DNA from: Gemmatimonadota bacterium
GTDB lineage: Bacteria; Gemmatimonadota; Gemmatimonadetes; Gemmatimonadales; GWC2-71-9
DNA length: 64,000 nucleotides
Direction: 5' to 3'
Assembly (NCBI GenBank): GCA_039584325.1
Contig: JBDGYA010000009.1
Location: 944-64,943, forward strand
How positions within the stretch are numbered: position 1 is the stretch's first letter; each line of letters begins with the position of its first letter. A program made the translations under genes and the position numbers. Below the pieces are notes generated by a model, which was not told the DNA's origin, made no database searches, and saw only the letters and a program-made list of their open reading frames with translations. Shown here piece by piece: positions 44,675 through 53,986 of this stretch.

Positions 44675-44722
44675 GCGACGGCCCGACACGGCGGACGGCG
44701 GATTCGGCCGGGTCCCCGTCCC

Positions 44723-45964
44723 ATGATTCTCTCGCACCTCCGGGAAGGTGTCGCCATGGCCGGCGACGCGATCTGGGCGCAGAAGCTCCGGTCGAGCCTC
44801 ACCATTCTCGGCATCGTCATCGGAGTCTCGACGGTCATGGCAATGGCATCCATTGTCCAGGGCATTCGGGGACAGATCTTCAATACGCTGGAGATCGTCG
44901 GCCCCACGACGTTTCGGATCGTGCGGTTCTTCTCCTCGACGCCTCTCAATCCCGATGCCCTGCCCCGTGAAGTTCGCATCCGACCTGTCCTCCGCTTGGA
45001 GGAGGCCGAGGCGATCGCGGAGCTCCCGGAGATCAGCTACTCCGCCATCTGGCTGGGCGTGTTCGAGCGCCTGGAGTACGAGGGGGTGCGCTCGCAAGCG
45101 ACGGTGGTCTATGGTGCCGATGACCGGTTCATGGAGATCCTGGGCGGCGGTATCGTCTCCGGCCGTACCTTCACGCCGAGCGAGGTGCGGACTGGGGCTC
45201 CCGTCGTCATCGTGGAGGAGGAGGCGGTGGAGAACGTGTTCGGCCGCATCGACCCTCGCGGACGCACCATGCGGGTCGGCGGGCGCGCCTTCCGGGTGGT
45301 GGGCGTCTATCGCAAGCCGGAGAACATCTTCCAGCCGCCTGGCCAGGAGATCTCTGCCATTCTGCCGTACAGGACGGCCGAACGGTCGTTCCGGTACGAC
45401 GAGACCAACTCGCTCATCATCCTGGTCAAGCCGCGCGAGGGCGTGACGGTGGCCCAATCGATGGACGCCGTGACGGTACAGCTACGCCGCATGCGTGGGC
45501 TGCGGCCTGCGGATCCGAACACGTTCGACCTCATCACGTCGGATCAGATCCTCAGCATATTCAACCGGCTCACGGGAGTGTTCTTCCTCGTCATGATCGT
45601 CCTGTCCAGCGTGGCACTGATGGTGGGTGGCATCGGGGTCATGGCCATCATGATGGTGTCGGTGACGAGCCGCACGCGCGAGATCGGAGTGCGCAAGGCG
45701 ATGGGGGCCACGCGTAAGGAGATTCTGTGGCAGTTCCTCGTCGAAGCGGCGACGTTGACCCTGGTCGGGGGCGCCTTGGGGATCGCCGTCGGCCTCCTCG
45801 CCGGCGAAGTACTCAAGGGCGTGCTGGGCTTCGAGAGCGGGGTGCCGGTCTGGAGTGCCCTGGTGGCGACGGCCGTGTCCGTTGCTATCGGCCTGCTCTT
45901 CGGTCTCCTGCCCGCCAACCGCGCGGCGAGACTGGATCCCGTCGAAGCACTGCGGTACGAATGA
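44723..45964 (+). CDS. ABC transporter permease, MacB_PCD + FtsX type (paralog class B')
   Basis: 'MVGGIGVMAIMMVSVTSRTREIGVRKAMGATRKEILWQFLVEAATLTLVGG' and C-terminal 'RLDPVEALRYE'. Confidence 0.85.
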   Translation: MILSHLREGVAMAGDAIWAQKLRSSLTILGIVIGVSTVMAMASIVQGIRGQIFNTLEIVGPTTFRIVRFFSSTPLNPDALPREVRIRPVLRLEEAEAIAELPEISYSAIWLGVFERLEYEGVRSQATVVYGADDRFMEILGGGIVSGRTFTPSEVRTGAPVVIVEEEAVENVFGRIDPRGRTMRVGGRAFRVVGVYRKPENIFQPPGQEISAILPYRTAERSFRYDETNSLIILVKPREGVTVAQSMDAVTVQLRRMRGLRPADPNTFDLITSDQILSIFNRLTGVFFLVMIVLSSVALMVGGIGVMAIMMVSVTSRTREIGVRKAMGATRKEILWQFLVEAATLTLVGGALGIAVGLLAGEVLKGVLGFESGVPVWSALVATAVSVAIGLLFGLLPANRAARLDPVEALRYE

Positions 45965-45984
45965 AGGCGGGACGGCGAGGCCGG

Positions 45985-46107
45985 GCGACGTACTTGTGCC
46001 CTGAGCCCGTACAGCTCGTCAGGGGGGAACCCACGCGTGATGCGGTACGTTTCCAGCACCAGCTGATGGCAAAGCCGCCACGCATCGAATCGCTCACTGG
46101 GCATCAT
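45985..46107 (-). pseudogene. Truncated N-terminal fragment of a four-helix-bundle (23S rRNA intervening-sequence-type) protein gene
   Basis: 'MMPSERFDAWRLCHQLVLETYRITRGFPPDELYGLRAQVRR' matches the family N-terminus (f.v/aW..a..L...vy..t..fP..E.ygL..Q.rRA). The expected '..S...NIAEG' continuation is absent, and the frame runs into the antisense of the permease 3' end. Confidence 0.5.
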
Positions 46108-46194
46108 GCGGACATTATGCCACCGCGGTACTTTTCCGGCGATCTCGATCGGATGCAGCGTGTGCCATACCCTTCCGTTGATGCGTCGTGGCCC

Positions 46195-46272
46195 GGGGTT
46201 CCTGGGCTTATCCGCCGGTCCGCTGGTCCGCCGGACCGCCTGCCGTTCCGCCGTTCCGACGGTCCGCCGTTG
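46195..46272 (-). repeat. Degenerate octamer tract (GGCGGAAC/GGCGGACC units on the minus strand)
   Basis: The plus strand reads gttcctgggcttatccgccggtccgctggtccgccggaccgcctgccgttccgccgttccgacggtccgccgttgg. It is intergenic, between the four-helix fragment and bshB1. Confidence 0.4.
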
Positions 46273-46286
46273 GTGAGGCCTCTCTC

Positions 46287-47009
46287 ATGACCAATCCCAT
46301 CGACCTCCTCGCCATCGGCGCCCATCCCGACGACGTGGAGCTCACCTGTGGCGGTACGCTGGTGAAGGCGGCCCAGGCAGGTTATCGCACGGCGGCCATC
46401 GATCTCACCGGCGGCGAGACGGGGACCCACGGGTCCCGGGACCTTCGGGCAGCCGAAGCCGACCGCGCGGCGGAGGTGTTGGGCCTCGCCGTCCGACGAA
46501 ACGCCGGGCTACCGGACGCCGGGCTGCACAATACCGATGCGACACGTCGCACGGTGGTGGAACTCATCCGGTCGTTCCAACCGCGTGTCGTCATCCTACC
46601 CTATCCGATCGGACGCCATCCCGACCACCGCATCGCGTCTGAGCTGTGCCGCGACGCCTCGTATCTCGCCGGCCTCAGCAACTACCCGGCGGACGGCGAG
46701 CCGCACCGGCCCGAGAAGATCCTGTACACGCAGTCCTACCGCGAGGACCCGGTCAAGCCGACATTCGTCGTGGACGTGAGCGAGGAGTTCGAGGCCAAGC
46801 TCGCCGCCATCCGGTGCTATGCCTCGCAGTTCGACGGGAAGATGGCCGCAGGAGAGATCTTCCCCGCCGGCGGCGACATCTACGACAACGTTCGCATGCA
46901 CTGCGCACGCTACGGCAGCCTCATCCGGACCGCGTACGGGGAACCGTACTTCACCCACGAAACCGTGGGGATCGACGACGTCGTGGCCATGGGGGTGCGG
47001 TCGATGTAG
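46287..47009 (+). CDS. bshB1: PIG-L family deacetylase, BshB1-like (bacillithiol biosynthesis)
   Basis: 'LLAIGAHPDDVELTCGGTLVKAAQAGYRTAAIDLTGGETGTHGS' and 'HPDHR' match the LmbE/BshB1 pattern. Confidence 0.7.
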   Translation: MTNPIDLLAIGAHPDDVELTCGGTLVKAAQAGYRTAAIDLTGGETGTHGSRDLRAAEADRAAEVLGLAVRRNAGLPDAGLHNTDATRRTVVELIRSFQPRVVILPYPIGRHPDHRIASELCRDASYLAGLSNYPADGEPHRPEKILYTQSYREDPVKPTFVVDVSEEFEAKLAAIRCYASQFDGKMAAGEIFPAGGDIYDNVRMHCARYGSLIRTAYGEPYFTHETVGIDDVVAMGVRSM

Positions 47010-47068
47010 AGACGGATGAGCCTGAGCCGTTCACTTCACCCGCGTCTTCGTCTACGTTTCACTCCGCG

Positions 47069-48268
47069 ATGACCAGCAGAGCACCGAACCCGTCCATGCT
47101 GTACCTGGACCATGCGGCAACGACGCCGGTACGGCCCGAAGTCCGGGACGCCATGCTCCCGTTCCTGACGGATGAGGAGTTCGGCAACCCGTCGTCCGGG
47201 CATGCACTCGGCCGGGCGGCCCGGGCCGCTCTCGACGAGGCGCGGCGGCGCATCGCCGCAGCCCTGACGTGCGAGCCGGGCGAGGTCGTGTTTACGTCCG
47301 GCGGAACGGAGGCGGACAACCTGGCCGTGCTCGGCGCGGCCCTCCGCGCACACATGAGCGGTGGTCCGTTCCGCGTCGTCGTGGCGAAATCGGAGCACAA
47401 GGCGGTGATCGATGCGGCGCACGCCGTGGAACGGCTAGGGGGCGAGGCCGTCTTCCTCGACGTCGACGGGAACGGCGCTGTGGATCCAGGCGGGGCGGCG
47501 CGGGCCCTGCGCGACGGTGCCGCACTGCTCAGCATCATGTGGGTCAACAACGAGACCGGCGTGCTGCAGGACATCGCGACCCTCGCCGAGGCCGCGTCAG
47601 CCGTGGGCGCGCCGTTCCACACCGATGCGGTACAGGCCGTCGGCAAGGTTCCCTGTGCCGTCGGCGACCTGGACATCGCATTGCTCTCACTCTCGGGCCA
47701 CAAAATCGGCGGCCCCAAGGGTGCCGGCGCGCTCATCGTGCGGAATCCCACAATGGTGGAGCCACTGTTCCACGGGGGTGGACAGCAAGGTGGCGTGCGT
47801 CCCGGAACGGAGAACGTGGCTGGCGCCATCGGCCTCGCCGCCGCCGTCGAGCTCTCCGTCGGTGAGCGGGAAACCGTCATGCACGGTGTTTGCGAACTGC
47901 GGGACCGGCTGGCGGCGGGGCTGCTCGCGGCGGTGCCCGGGTTGGCGGTGACCGCCCAGCACGGTGCGCGGGCTCCCCACATCCTGCATGTCACGACACC
48001 GGGACTGGACGGGAATGCGCTCGCGATCCACCTCGATCAGGCGGGCATCGCCTGCTCGACCGGATCGGCGTGTTCGTCGGGCCGTGCCACGCCGTCGCAC
48101 GTGTTGACGGCCATGGGGCTTCCGCCCGAGCGGGTCGCGGCTCCGCTACGGTTCTCCCTCTCCCCGACGACCACGGCCGATACGATCGTGCAGGCCCTCG
48201 AGCGGATCCCGGACGTCCTGGATCGCGTTCGTCTGCTGACGGCGGCCCTGCAAGACGCCGACGCATGA
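47069..48268 (+). CDS. Cysteine desulfurase (class V aminotransferase, NifS/IscS-like)
   Basis: '[10 protein letters not shown]', PLP-Lys '[17 protein letters not shown]' and catalytic-Cys loop 'STGSACSSG'. Confidence 0.9.
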   Translation: MTSRAPNPSMLYLDHAATTPVRPEVRDAMLPFLTDEEFGNPSSGHALGRAARAALDEARRRIAAALTCEPGEVVFTSGGTEADNLAVLGAALRAHMSGGPFRVVVAKSEHKAVIDAAHAVERLGGEAVFLDVDGNGAVDPGGAARALRDGAALLSIMWVNNETGVLQDIATLAEAASAVGAPFHTDAVQAVGKVPCAVGDLDIALLSLSGHKIGGPKGAGALIVRNPTMVEPLFHGGGQQGGVRPGTENVAGAIGLAAAVELSVGERETVMHGVCELRDRLAAGLLAAVPGLAVTAQHGARAPHILHVTTPGLDGNALAIHLDQAGIACSTGSACSSGRATPSHVLTAMGLPPERVAAPLRFSLSPTTTADTIVQALERIPDVLDRVRLLTAALQDADA

Positions 48269-49329
48269 GGCGAGGAAGGGTACTCGTCGCCATGTCGGGC
48301 GGCGTCGACTCGTCGGTTGCCGCTGCCTTGCTGGTCGAGCAGGGGTACGACGTCATCGGCGCGACGATGCGGCTGTTCTGCTACGGGGACACCGTGCCTG
48401 ACCGGCCCTGCTGCTCGCTCGATTCGATCAACGATGCCGCCGCCGTGGCAGCCCGTCTCGGGATCCCGCACTACGTGTTCGATCTCGAGGACCAGTTCCG
48501 GCGGGAGGTCATCGACGACTTCGTCGCGGAGTACGCGCGCGGACGGACGCCAATCCCGTGCGTGCGGTGTAATACGTTCACGAAATTCCGCGACCTGCTC
48601 GCGCACGCGGATGCACTCGGGTGCGACCACGTCGCCACCGGACACTACGCCATCACGCGAGCGGGCGGCCTGTATCGGGGCCGGGACGCGGACAAGGATC
48701 AGACCTACTTCTTGTGGGGCATCGATCGGAGCGTGGTCTCGCGAATGCTCGCTCCGGTCGGAGGGCTCACGAAGCTCCGGACGCGAGAGATGGCCCGACG
48801 CCTGTCGCTCGAGACCGCGGACAAGCAGGAGTCGGTCGAGATTTGCTTCGTGCCCGACGGGGACTACGTCGCCGTGCTCGAGCGGCACCTCGAGCCGGAG
48901 GACCCCGCGCTTGCCCCGGGGCCGATCCGAAGGGCGACTGGCACCGTGATAGGAGAGCACAATGGCTACGCACGGTACACAGTGGGGCAGCGACGTCGGC
49001 TGCCCGGTGGCTCGCCGGAGCCGCTCTTCGTGCTGTCGGTCGTGCCGGAGGAGCGCGCCGTCGTCGTGGGCACCGCCGGCGAGCTGAACGGCACTCGAGT
49101 GGAGTTGGCGGAGGTGAACTGGCTGGCCGACCCCTTGCACCCCGGCGATGATTGCGATATTCAGATTCGCTATCGCGCCCGAGCGACTCCGGCCCAGATC
49201 ACCGGCGAGGCGACATCGGACGGGCGGCTCGTGCTCGAGCTGCGCGAGCCCGTGCGGGCCATTACCCCCGGGCAGTCAGGTGTGCTGTACCGTGGCGACC
49301 GCCTGCTCGGCGGTGGCGTGATCAGCTAG
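48265..49329 (+). CDS. mnmA: tRNA 2-thiouridine(34) synthase MnmA
   Basis: PP-loop '[18 protein letters not shown]', 'PCVRCN' and 'ATGHYA...KDQTYFLW'. The ATG overlaps the upstream stop (ATGA). Confidence 0.9.
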   Translation: MRRGRVLVAMSGGVDSSVAAALLVEQGYDVIGATMRLFCYGDTVPDRPCCSLDSINDAAAVAARLGIPHYVFDLEDQFRREVIDDFVAEYARGRTPIPCVRCNTFTKFRDLLAHADALGCDHVATGHYAITRAGGLYRGRDADKDQTYFLWGIDRSVVSRMLAPVGGLTKLRTREMARRLSLETADKQESVEICFVPDGDYVAVLERHLEPEDPALAPGPIRRATGTVIGEHNGYARYTVGQRRRLPGGSPEPLFVLSVVPEERAVVVGTAGELNGTRVELAEVNWLADPLHPGDDCDIQIRYRARATPAQITGEATSDGRLVLELREPVRAITPGQSGVLYRGDRLLGGGVIS

Positions 49330-49353
49330 GAGCGTCGAGGAGAGGAGCGGATT

Positions 49354-49707
49354 GTGGATCTGGTTCAGACCGTTGTGACGCGGGCGGGTGTCGCCGAGGA
49401 GACGGCCCGGCAGGGCCTCGGCACGCTGTTCATCGCCATCCGCATGGCCGTCGACATGCGCACCTTCACGCAGGTCAGCACCGCGTTTCCAGGCGTGGGC
49501 GAATGGATGCTGGTAGCACCGTTCCAGGATGGCGGGACCGGCGAGATGCTGGCGACGGCGACGCCGGGCGCAGTCAAGCGGCTCCTCGCCTATGCGGGGT
49601 ACGACGACGCCAGCTCGGCAGCACTGTGCGGGGTCGTCGCCGACGCCCTGAAGGAACGGGCGCCCGACACGTTTGAGACCGTTGCGGCCAAGTTGCCGGT
49701 GTTCTAG
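49354..49707 (+). CDS. Hypothetical small helical protein
   Basis: 117-aa ORF with a GTG start, high GC3 and a same-strand neighbourhood. I recognise no motif with confidence. Confidence 0.45.
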   Translation: MDLVQTVVTRAGVAEETARQGLGTLFIAIRMAVDMRTFTQVSTAFPGVGEWMLVAPFQDGGTGEMLATATPGAVKRLLAYAGYDDASSAALCGVVADALKERAPDTFETVAAKLPVF

Positions 49708-49734
49708 CAGCGCGGCTCTCGCTCCACCCCGTCC

Positions 49735-50511
49735 ATGTCTCACATTCACGAGCGTGTCTCGTTCGACGGCGCCGGCGGCTCGCTGTCCGGTACCCTGCAG
49801 ATCCCCGCACGGCGTCCGGAGACTGGCGTCGTGCTCGCTCACTGCTTCACGTGCTCCAAGTCCCTCAAGATCACCCGCGCGCTCGCCACCGGCATCGAGG
49901 ACGGCGGATACGCAGTGTTGCGATTCGACTTCACCGGCCTTGGGGAGAGCGAGGGTGACTTCAGCGACACCTCCGTCACCTCCAACGTGAGCGACATCGC
50001 AGCCGCAGCATCCTACCTCGCGGATCGGGGCTTCGAGCGCCTCGCCCTTGTCGGTCACTCCCTCGGTGGCGCTGCTACCCTGCTCGCCGCCGCGGACATC
50101 CCGGGCGCTGAGGCGGTAGTGGCCGTGGCCGCACCGTTCACGGCGGATCACGTGCGCCATCTCTTTGCCGAGGACGACATGCGGCGCGCGATGGAAACAG
50201 GGCGCATCACCGTCCGCATTGCCGGCCGGCCGTTCCAGATCAGCGCCACCTTCTTCGAGGACCTCGAGCAGCATTGCTCGCCGGAGCGCATTGCCAGACT
50301 CCAGCGGCCACTACTCATCGTGCACGGCACCGCGGACGCGATCGTGGAGATCGAGGAGGGGGAGCGCATCTTCAACGCCGCACTGCAGCCGCGTTGGTTC
50401 GCGGCAATACCCGACGGCGATCACCTGCTCACAGGACCGGCACAGAGTCAGCAGGGCGGGCGGGCGATCGTCACGTTCCTGGACACCGTTCTGGGTACCG
50501 GCTCGCCCTGA
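49735..50511 (+). CDS. Alpha/beta hydrolase
   Basis: Nucleophile elbow 'LVGHSLGGAA', plus 'LLIVHGTADAIV' and a 'GDH' triad. Confidence 0.75.
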   Translation: MSHIHERVSFDGAGGSLSGTLQIPARRPETGVVLAHCFTCSKSLKITRALATGIEDGGYAVLRFDFTGLGESEGDFSDTSVTSNVSDIAAAASYLADRGFERLALVGHSLGGAATLLAAADIPGAEAVVAVAAPFTADHVRHLFAEDDMRRAMETGRITVRIAGRPFQISATFFEDLEQHCSPERIARLQRPLLIVHGTADAIVEIEEGERIFNAALQPRWFAAIPDGDHLLTGPAQSQQGGRAIVTFLDTVLGTGSP

Positions 50512-50542
50512 GTAGTCGGCCTGCCGACCTGCGGGGATTCCC

Positions 50543-50974
50543 ATGGCACGGATAACAGCGGAGCTCGTCTCCGGAACGCTCGTCACCTTGTCCAACGGCC
50601 GCCACACCTGGCGCGCCGACGAACCGGCGGCCGGCGGCGGAGACGACATCGGCCCCACCCCCTACGAGATGCTCGTGGGATCGCTTGCGGCCTGTACCCT
50701 GATCACCCTGGCACTGTACTGCCGGCACAAGCAGATCCCCCTCAAATCCGTCACGGCGGCCTACGAGCACGGACGCGTGCACGCCGAGGACTGCCGCTCG
50801 TGCGAGGAGCCGAGAGAGGGGAGGATCGATCAGATCACGAGCCGGGTCCGGATCGCCGGCGATTTCGACCAGGCCCAGCGCGAGCGGCTGACCCAGATCG
50901 TTAGTCGCTGTCCGGTGCACAAGTCGCTGAACCAGCCCATCGACATGATCGATGAGGTCGAGTTCGCCGGCTGA
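50543..50974 (+). CDS. OsmC family peroxiredoxin-like protein
   Basis: 'GPTPYEMLVGSLAACT' and 'SRCPVHKSL' are the two conserved Cys blocks. Confidence 0.8.
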   Translation: MARITAELVSGTLVTLSNGRHTWRADEPAAGGGDDIGPTPYEMLVGSLAACTLITLALYCRHKQIPLKSVTAAYEHGRVHAEDCRSCEEPREGRIDQITSRVRIAGDFDQAQRERLTQIVSRCPVHKSLNQPIDMIDEVEFAG

Positions 50975-51052
50975 GTCAGCGCCCTTGACCGGGTCGGACC
51001 CGCGTGAGACGTTGCGGGTGCCAGGTTCCCCCTGCGACGGAGCGGCACTGAC

Positions 51053-51433
51053 ATGCGCGGATTTCTCGCACGCCTCTGTATTACGGCGTTCGGGTTGTGG
51101 ATCGCCGACATGCTCCTCGGCGGCGTCCACTTCGACGGGCTAGGTACGCTGTGGCTGGCCGCCCTGCTTTTGGGCGTCGTCAACGCCATTGTGCGCCCGA
51201 TCCTCATCGTCCTCACCCTGCCGCTCACGCTGGTGACCTTGGGCCTGTTCATCTTCGTCGTGAACGGCGCCATGGTCCTGTTGGTCTCGCGGCTCATGCC
51301 CGCCTTCCACGTTGAGGGACTCTGGACCGCCATTCTCGCGTCGATCGTCGTCGGTCTCACGGGCTGGCTCGCCAACGCGTTCATCGGCGACCGCGGCACG
51401 GTGGAGGTCTGGACGGCCCGCGACCGGAACTGA
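51053..51433 (+). CDS. Phage-holin-4_2/DUF360 family membrane protein
   Basis: 'AALLLGVVNAIVRPILIVLTLPLTLVTLGLFIFVVNGAMVLL' is typical of DUF360. Four TM segments. Confidence 0.75.
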   Translation: MRGFLARLCITAFGLWIADMLLGGVHFDGLGTLWLAALLLGVVNAIVRPILIVLTLPLTLVTLGLFIFVVNGAMVLLVSRLMPAFHVEGLWTAILASIVVGLTGWLANAFIGDRGTVEVWTARDRN

Positions 51434-51457
51434 TCGGCCAGTCGACAGGTCGCACGT

Positions 51458-51877
51458 TCACTCGCCCACCACCACCCCCACGACGGTGCGGTTGCGCGCA
51501 CGGTTATCCAGGTTGAGTAGCAGGATCTCCTGCCAGGTCCCGAGCTGCAGCTCCCCGTCGATCACGGGAACGGACAGGCTGGTCTTGAGCAGCGCCGAGC
51601 GCACGTGGGAAAAGCCATTACCGTCGTGATAGGCTTCGTTATGCGCGTAGTCCTCCGTGGCGGGTGCGATCTGATCGAGTGCCCGACGGAGATCCTGGAG
51701 AGCACCGGTTTCATACTCGATGGTGGTCACCGCTCCGGTCGAGCCCGTCAGATGCACGGTGACGACGCCGGTCGTGATCCCCGCGTCGCGGGCGAATTGG
51801 CGCACGTCGGCGCTGATGTTGCGGTGTCCGAATTCCGCGTCGAGGGGGAAGCTCCAGTGGCGTGCAAGTGTCGTCAC
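51458..51877 (-). CDS. yjbQ: YjbQ/UPF0047 family (secondary thiamine-phosphate synthase) protein
   Basis: 'VHLTGSTGAVTTIEYE', 'NGFSHVRSALL' and 'GELQLGTWQEILLLNLD'. Confidence 0.85.
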   Translation of the reverse strand: MTTLARHWSFPLDAEFGHRNISADVRQFARDAGITTGVVTVHLTGSTGAVTTIEYETGALQDLRRALDQIAPATEDYAHNEAYHDGNGFSHVRSALLKTSLSVPVIDGELQLGTWQEILLLNLDNRARNRTVVGVVVGE

Positions 51878-51964
51878 GTTGCGTCTCCTCCGTGGCTGTC
51901 GGTGACTTCGGCACTAGGATAGTACCGCACCCGCCGGCCAGGCGGAGGCCCCCAGGACTCCCTC

Positions 51965-53986
51965 GTGCTTGGGCACGCTCTATACTTCGGGATGCACGAA
52001 CTCGATCTGCTGCGTGATCTGGTCATCCTGGTCGCGGTCGCGATCCCCGTCGTCGCCGTCGCCCAGCGACTTCGAGTCCCCACGGTGGTCGGGTTCCTCC
52101 TCACGGGGCTCGTCATCGGGCCACATGCCCTCGGGCTGATCCACCAGACGGAGGAGGTGGCAGGACTGGCCGAGATCGGCGTAGTCCTCCTCCTGTTCAC
52201 GATCGGCCTCGAACTGTCGCTGTCCCGCATCATCCGCATGGGCCGACCGGTGCTCCAAGCAGGCAGTCTGCAGGTCGTCGTGACGACAATCCTGGTCACC
52301 GGCCTGGCGATGACGGCCGGACTGGCAACGCGGCCGGCCGTGTTCTTCGGCGCGCTGATCGCGCTCTCGTCGACGGCTGTCGTGCTCAAGCTCTACACCG
52401 ATCGGCGGGAGCTGGACATCCCGCATGGCCGCATCGTCGTCGCCATCCTGCTGTTCCAGGACCTCTGCGTCGTGCCCTTCATGCTGCTCACTCCCGTGCT
52501 CGCCGGCGCCGCCGAGGGAATGGGCGCTGCGCTTCGGGCCACGCTCATCAGCTTGCTCGTGGTGAGCGTCCTCATCGTCGGCGGTCGGTTCGCCGTGCCG
52601 TGGATCCTGGAACAGGTCGTCGGCGTGCGCAATCGCGAGATCTTCACCCTCGGCATCGTGTTCTTCGGTCTCGGTGCCGCGTTCGTGACGGCGAGCTTCG
52701 GTCTCTCTCTTGCCCTGGGGGCGTTCATCGCCGGCCTGCTCATTTCCGAATCAGACTTCGGTCTCCAGGCCTTGTCCGACGTGCTCCCCTTCCGGGACAC
52801 CTTCACAGGGATCTTCTTCATCTCCATCGGCATGCTGCTGGATCCGGCCTTCATCGTCGAGCGGCCACTGCTCGTCCTCGGCCTGACCGTCGGTGTCATC
52901 CTCCTCAAAGCTCTCGTCGGCACGCTCGCCGCCCGCAGTCTCGGCCGATCGCTCCAGGTGAGCGTCGTGAGCGGGCTCGCCATCGCGCAGGTCGGAGAGT
53001 TCTCGTTCGTGCTCGCCGGCGTGGGAATCACGGCCGGGCTGCTCACCGCCGACACGTATCAGGCGTTCCTCACCGTGTCGGTACTCTCCATGCTGGCCAC
53101 TCCCGCACTCATCGCTTGGGCGCCGGCGATTGCCGACGCCGCGTGCCGGCTGACGCGACAGCCGGCACTGCGACTCACGACACACGAGTACGAGGCGGTC
53201 CAGACTCTCAGCGACCACGTGGTGATCGTCGGGTACGGCCTGAACGGCCGCAATCTCGCGCGGGTCCTCAAGGCGGCCAACATCCGCTACATCGTCCTGG
53301 AGCAGAACGGACAGACCGTTCGCCGCGCACGGCTCGAGCGCGAGCCCATCTTCTTCGGAGATGGCACACGACGGGACGTGCTGGAGCACGTGGGCCTCGC
53401 GAGCGCTCGGGTCCTCGTCTTCGCGATCGCCCACTCGTCCGACGCGCGGCGCGGTGTCGCGGTCGCCCGCCAAGTCAGTCCGGATGTGCACATTCTCGTG
53501 CGAACGCCGCTGATGGCAGAGGTCGACGAGTTGCTGCGCCTCGGGGCGAACCACGTGATCCCCGAGGAGTTCGAGACCTCCATCGAGATCTTCAGCCGCG
53601 TGTTGCGGCTCTACGGCGCTCCGGGGAACCGCATCGAGCAGGAGGTCAAGGCCGTGCGCGGCGACCGGTACGAGCTGTTCCGCGGCATCGCGCTCCCCGA
53701 TCTCCGACTCGACGCACTCAAACATCACGGGCTGCACACCCTCGTGGACACCGTGGCGATCGAGACGGGGGCGGCAGCGATTGGCAGGACCCCGGTGACG
53801 CTGCAGCTTCGACAGCAGACCGGGGCGACCGTCATCGCCGCTATCCGAGACGACGTGACCTATCACGCGCCGGATCCGGCCTACCGCTTTCAGGAGGGAG
53901 ACGTGGTTGTGCTGGTCGGATCGCCGGACGCAATCGTGGGCGCCACACGCTTGTTCCGGAGCGAAGGGAGTACCGACGCGAGCTAG
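51965..53986 (+). CDS. CPA2 cation:proton antiporter with C-terminal RCK (TrkA_N + TrkA_C) domains (Kef-type)
   Basis: About 12 TM segments and 'PVVGFLLTGLVIGPH'-like blocks. 'VVIVGYGLNGRNLARVL' is a Rossmann GxGxxG. C-terminal 'GDVVVLVGSPDAI'. GTG start. Confidence 0.85.
   Translation: MLGHALYFGMHELDLLRDLVILVAVAIPVVAVAQRLRVPTVVGFLLTGLVIGPHALGLIHQTEEVAGLAEIGVVLLLFTIGLELSLSRIIRMGRPVLQAGSLQVVVTTILVTGLAMTAGLATRPAVFFGALIALSSTAVVLKLYTDRRELDIPHGRIVVAILLFQDLCVVPFMLLTPVLAGAAEGMGAALRATLISLLVVSVLIVGGRFAVPWILEQVVGVRNREIFTLGIVFFGLGAAFVTASFGLSLALGAFIAGLLISESDFGLQALSDVLPFRDTFTGIFFISIGMLLDPAFIVERPLLVLGLTVGVILLKALVGTLAARSLGRSLQVSVVSGLAIAQVGEFSFVLAGVGITAGLLTADTYQAFLTVSVLSMLATPALIAWAPAIADAACRLTRQPALRLTTHEYEAVQTLSDHVVIVGYGLNGRNLARVLKAANIRYIVLEQNGQTVRRARLEREPIFFGDGTRRDVLEHVGLASARVLVFAIAHSSDARRGVAVARQVSPDVHILVRTPLMAEVDELLRLGANHVIPEEFETSIEIFSRVLRLYGAPGNRIEQEVKAVRGDRYELFRGIALPDLRLDALKHHGLHTLVDTVAIETGAAAIGRTPVTLQLRQQTGATVIAAIRDDVTYHAPDPAYRFQEGDVVVLVGSPDAIVGATRLFRSEGSTDAS

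Noticed and set aside
47300-47309. The exact 10-mer GGCGGAACGG shared by the three octamer tracts, considered as a signature of a discrete mobile element
   Set aside because: The same 10-mer also occurs inside the cysteine desulfurase coding sequence ('SGGTEAD'). The exact word is therefore not diagnostic. Only the periodic, strand-biased tract structure is reported, and it is not claimed as a defined mobile element.
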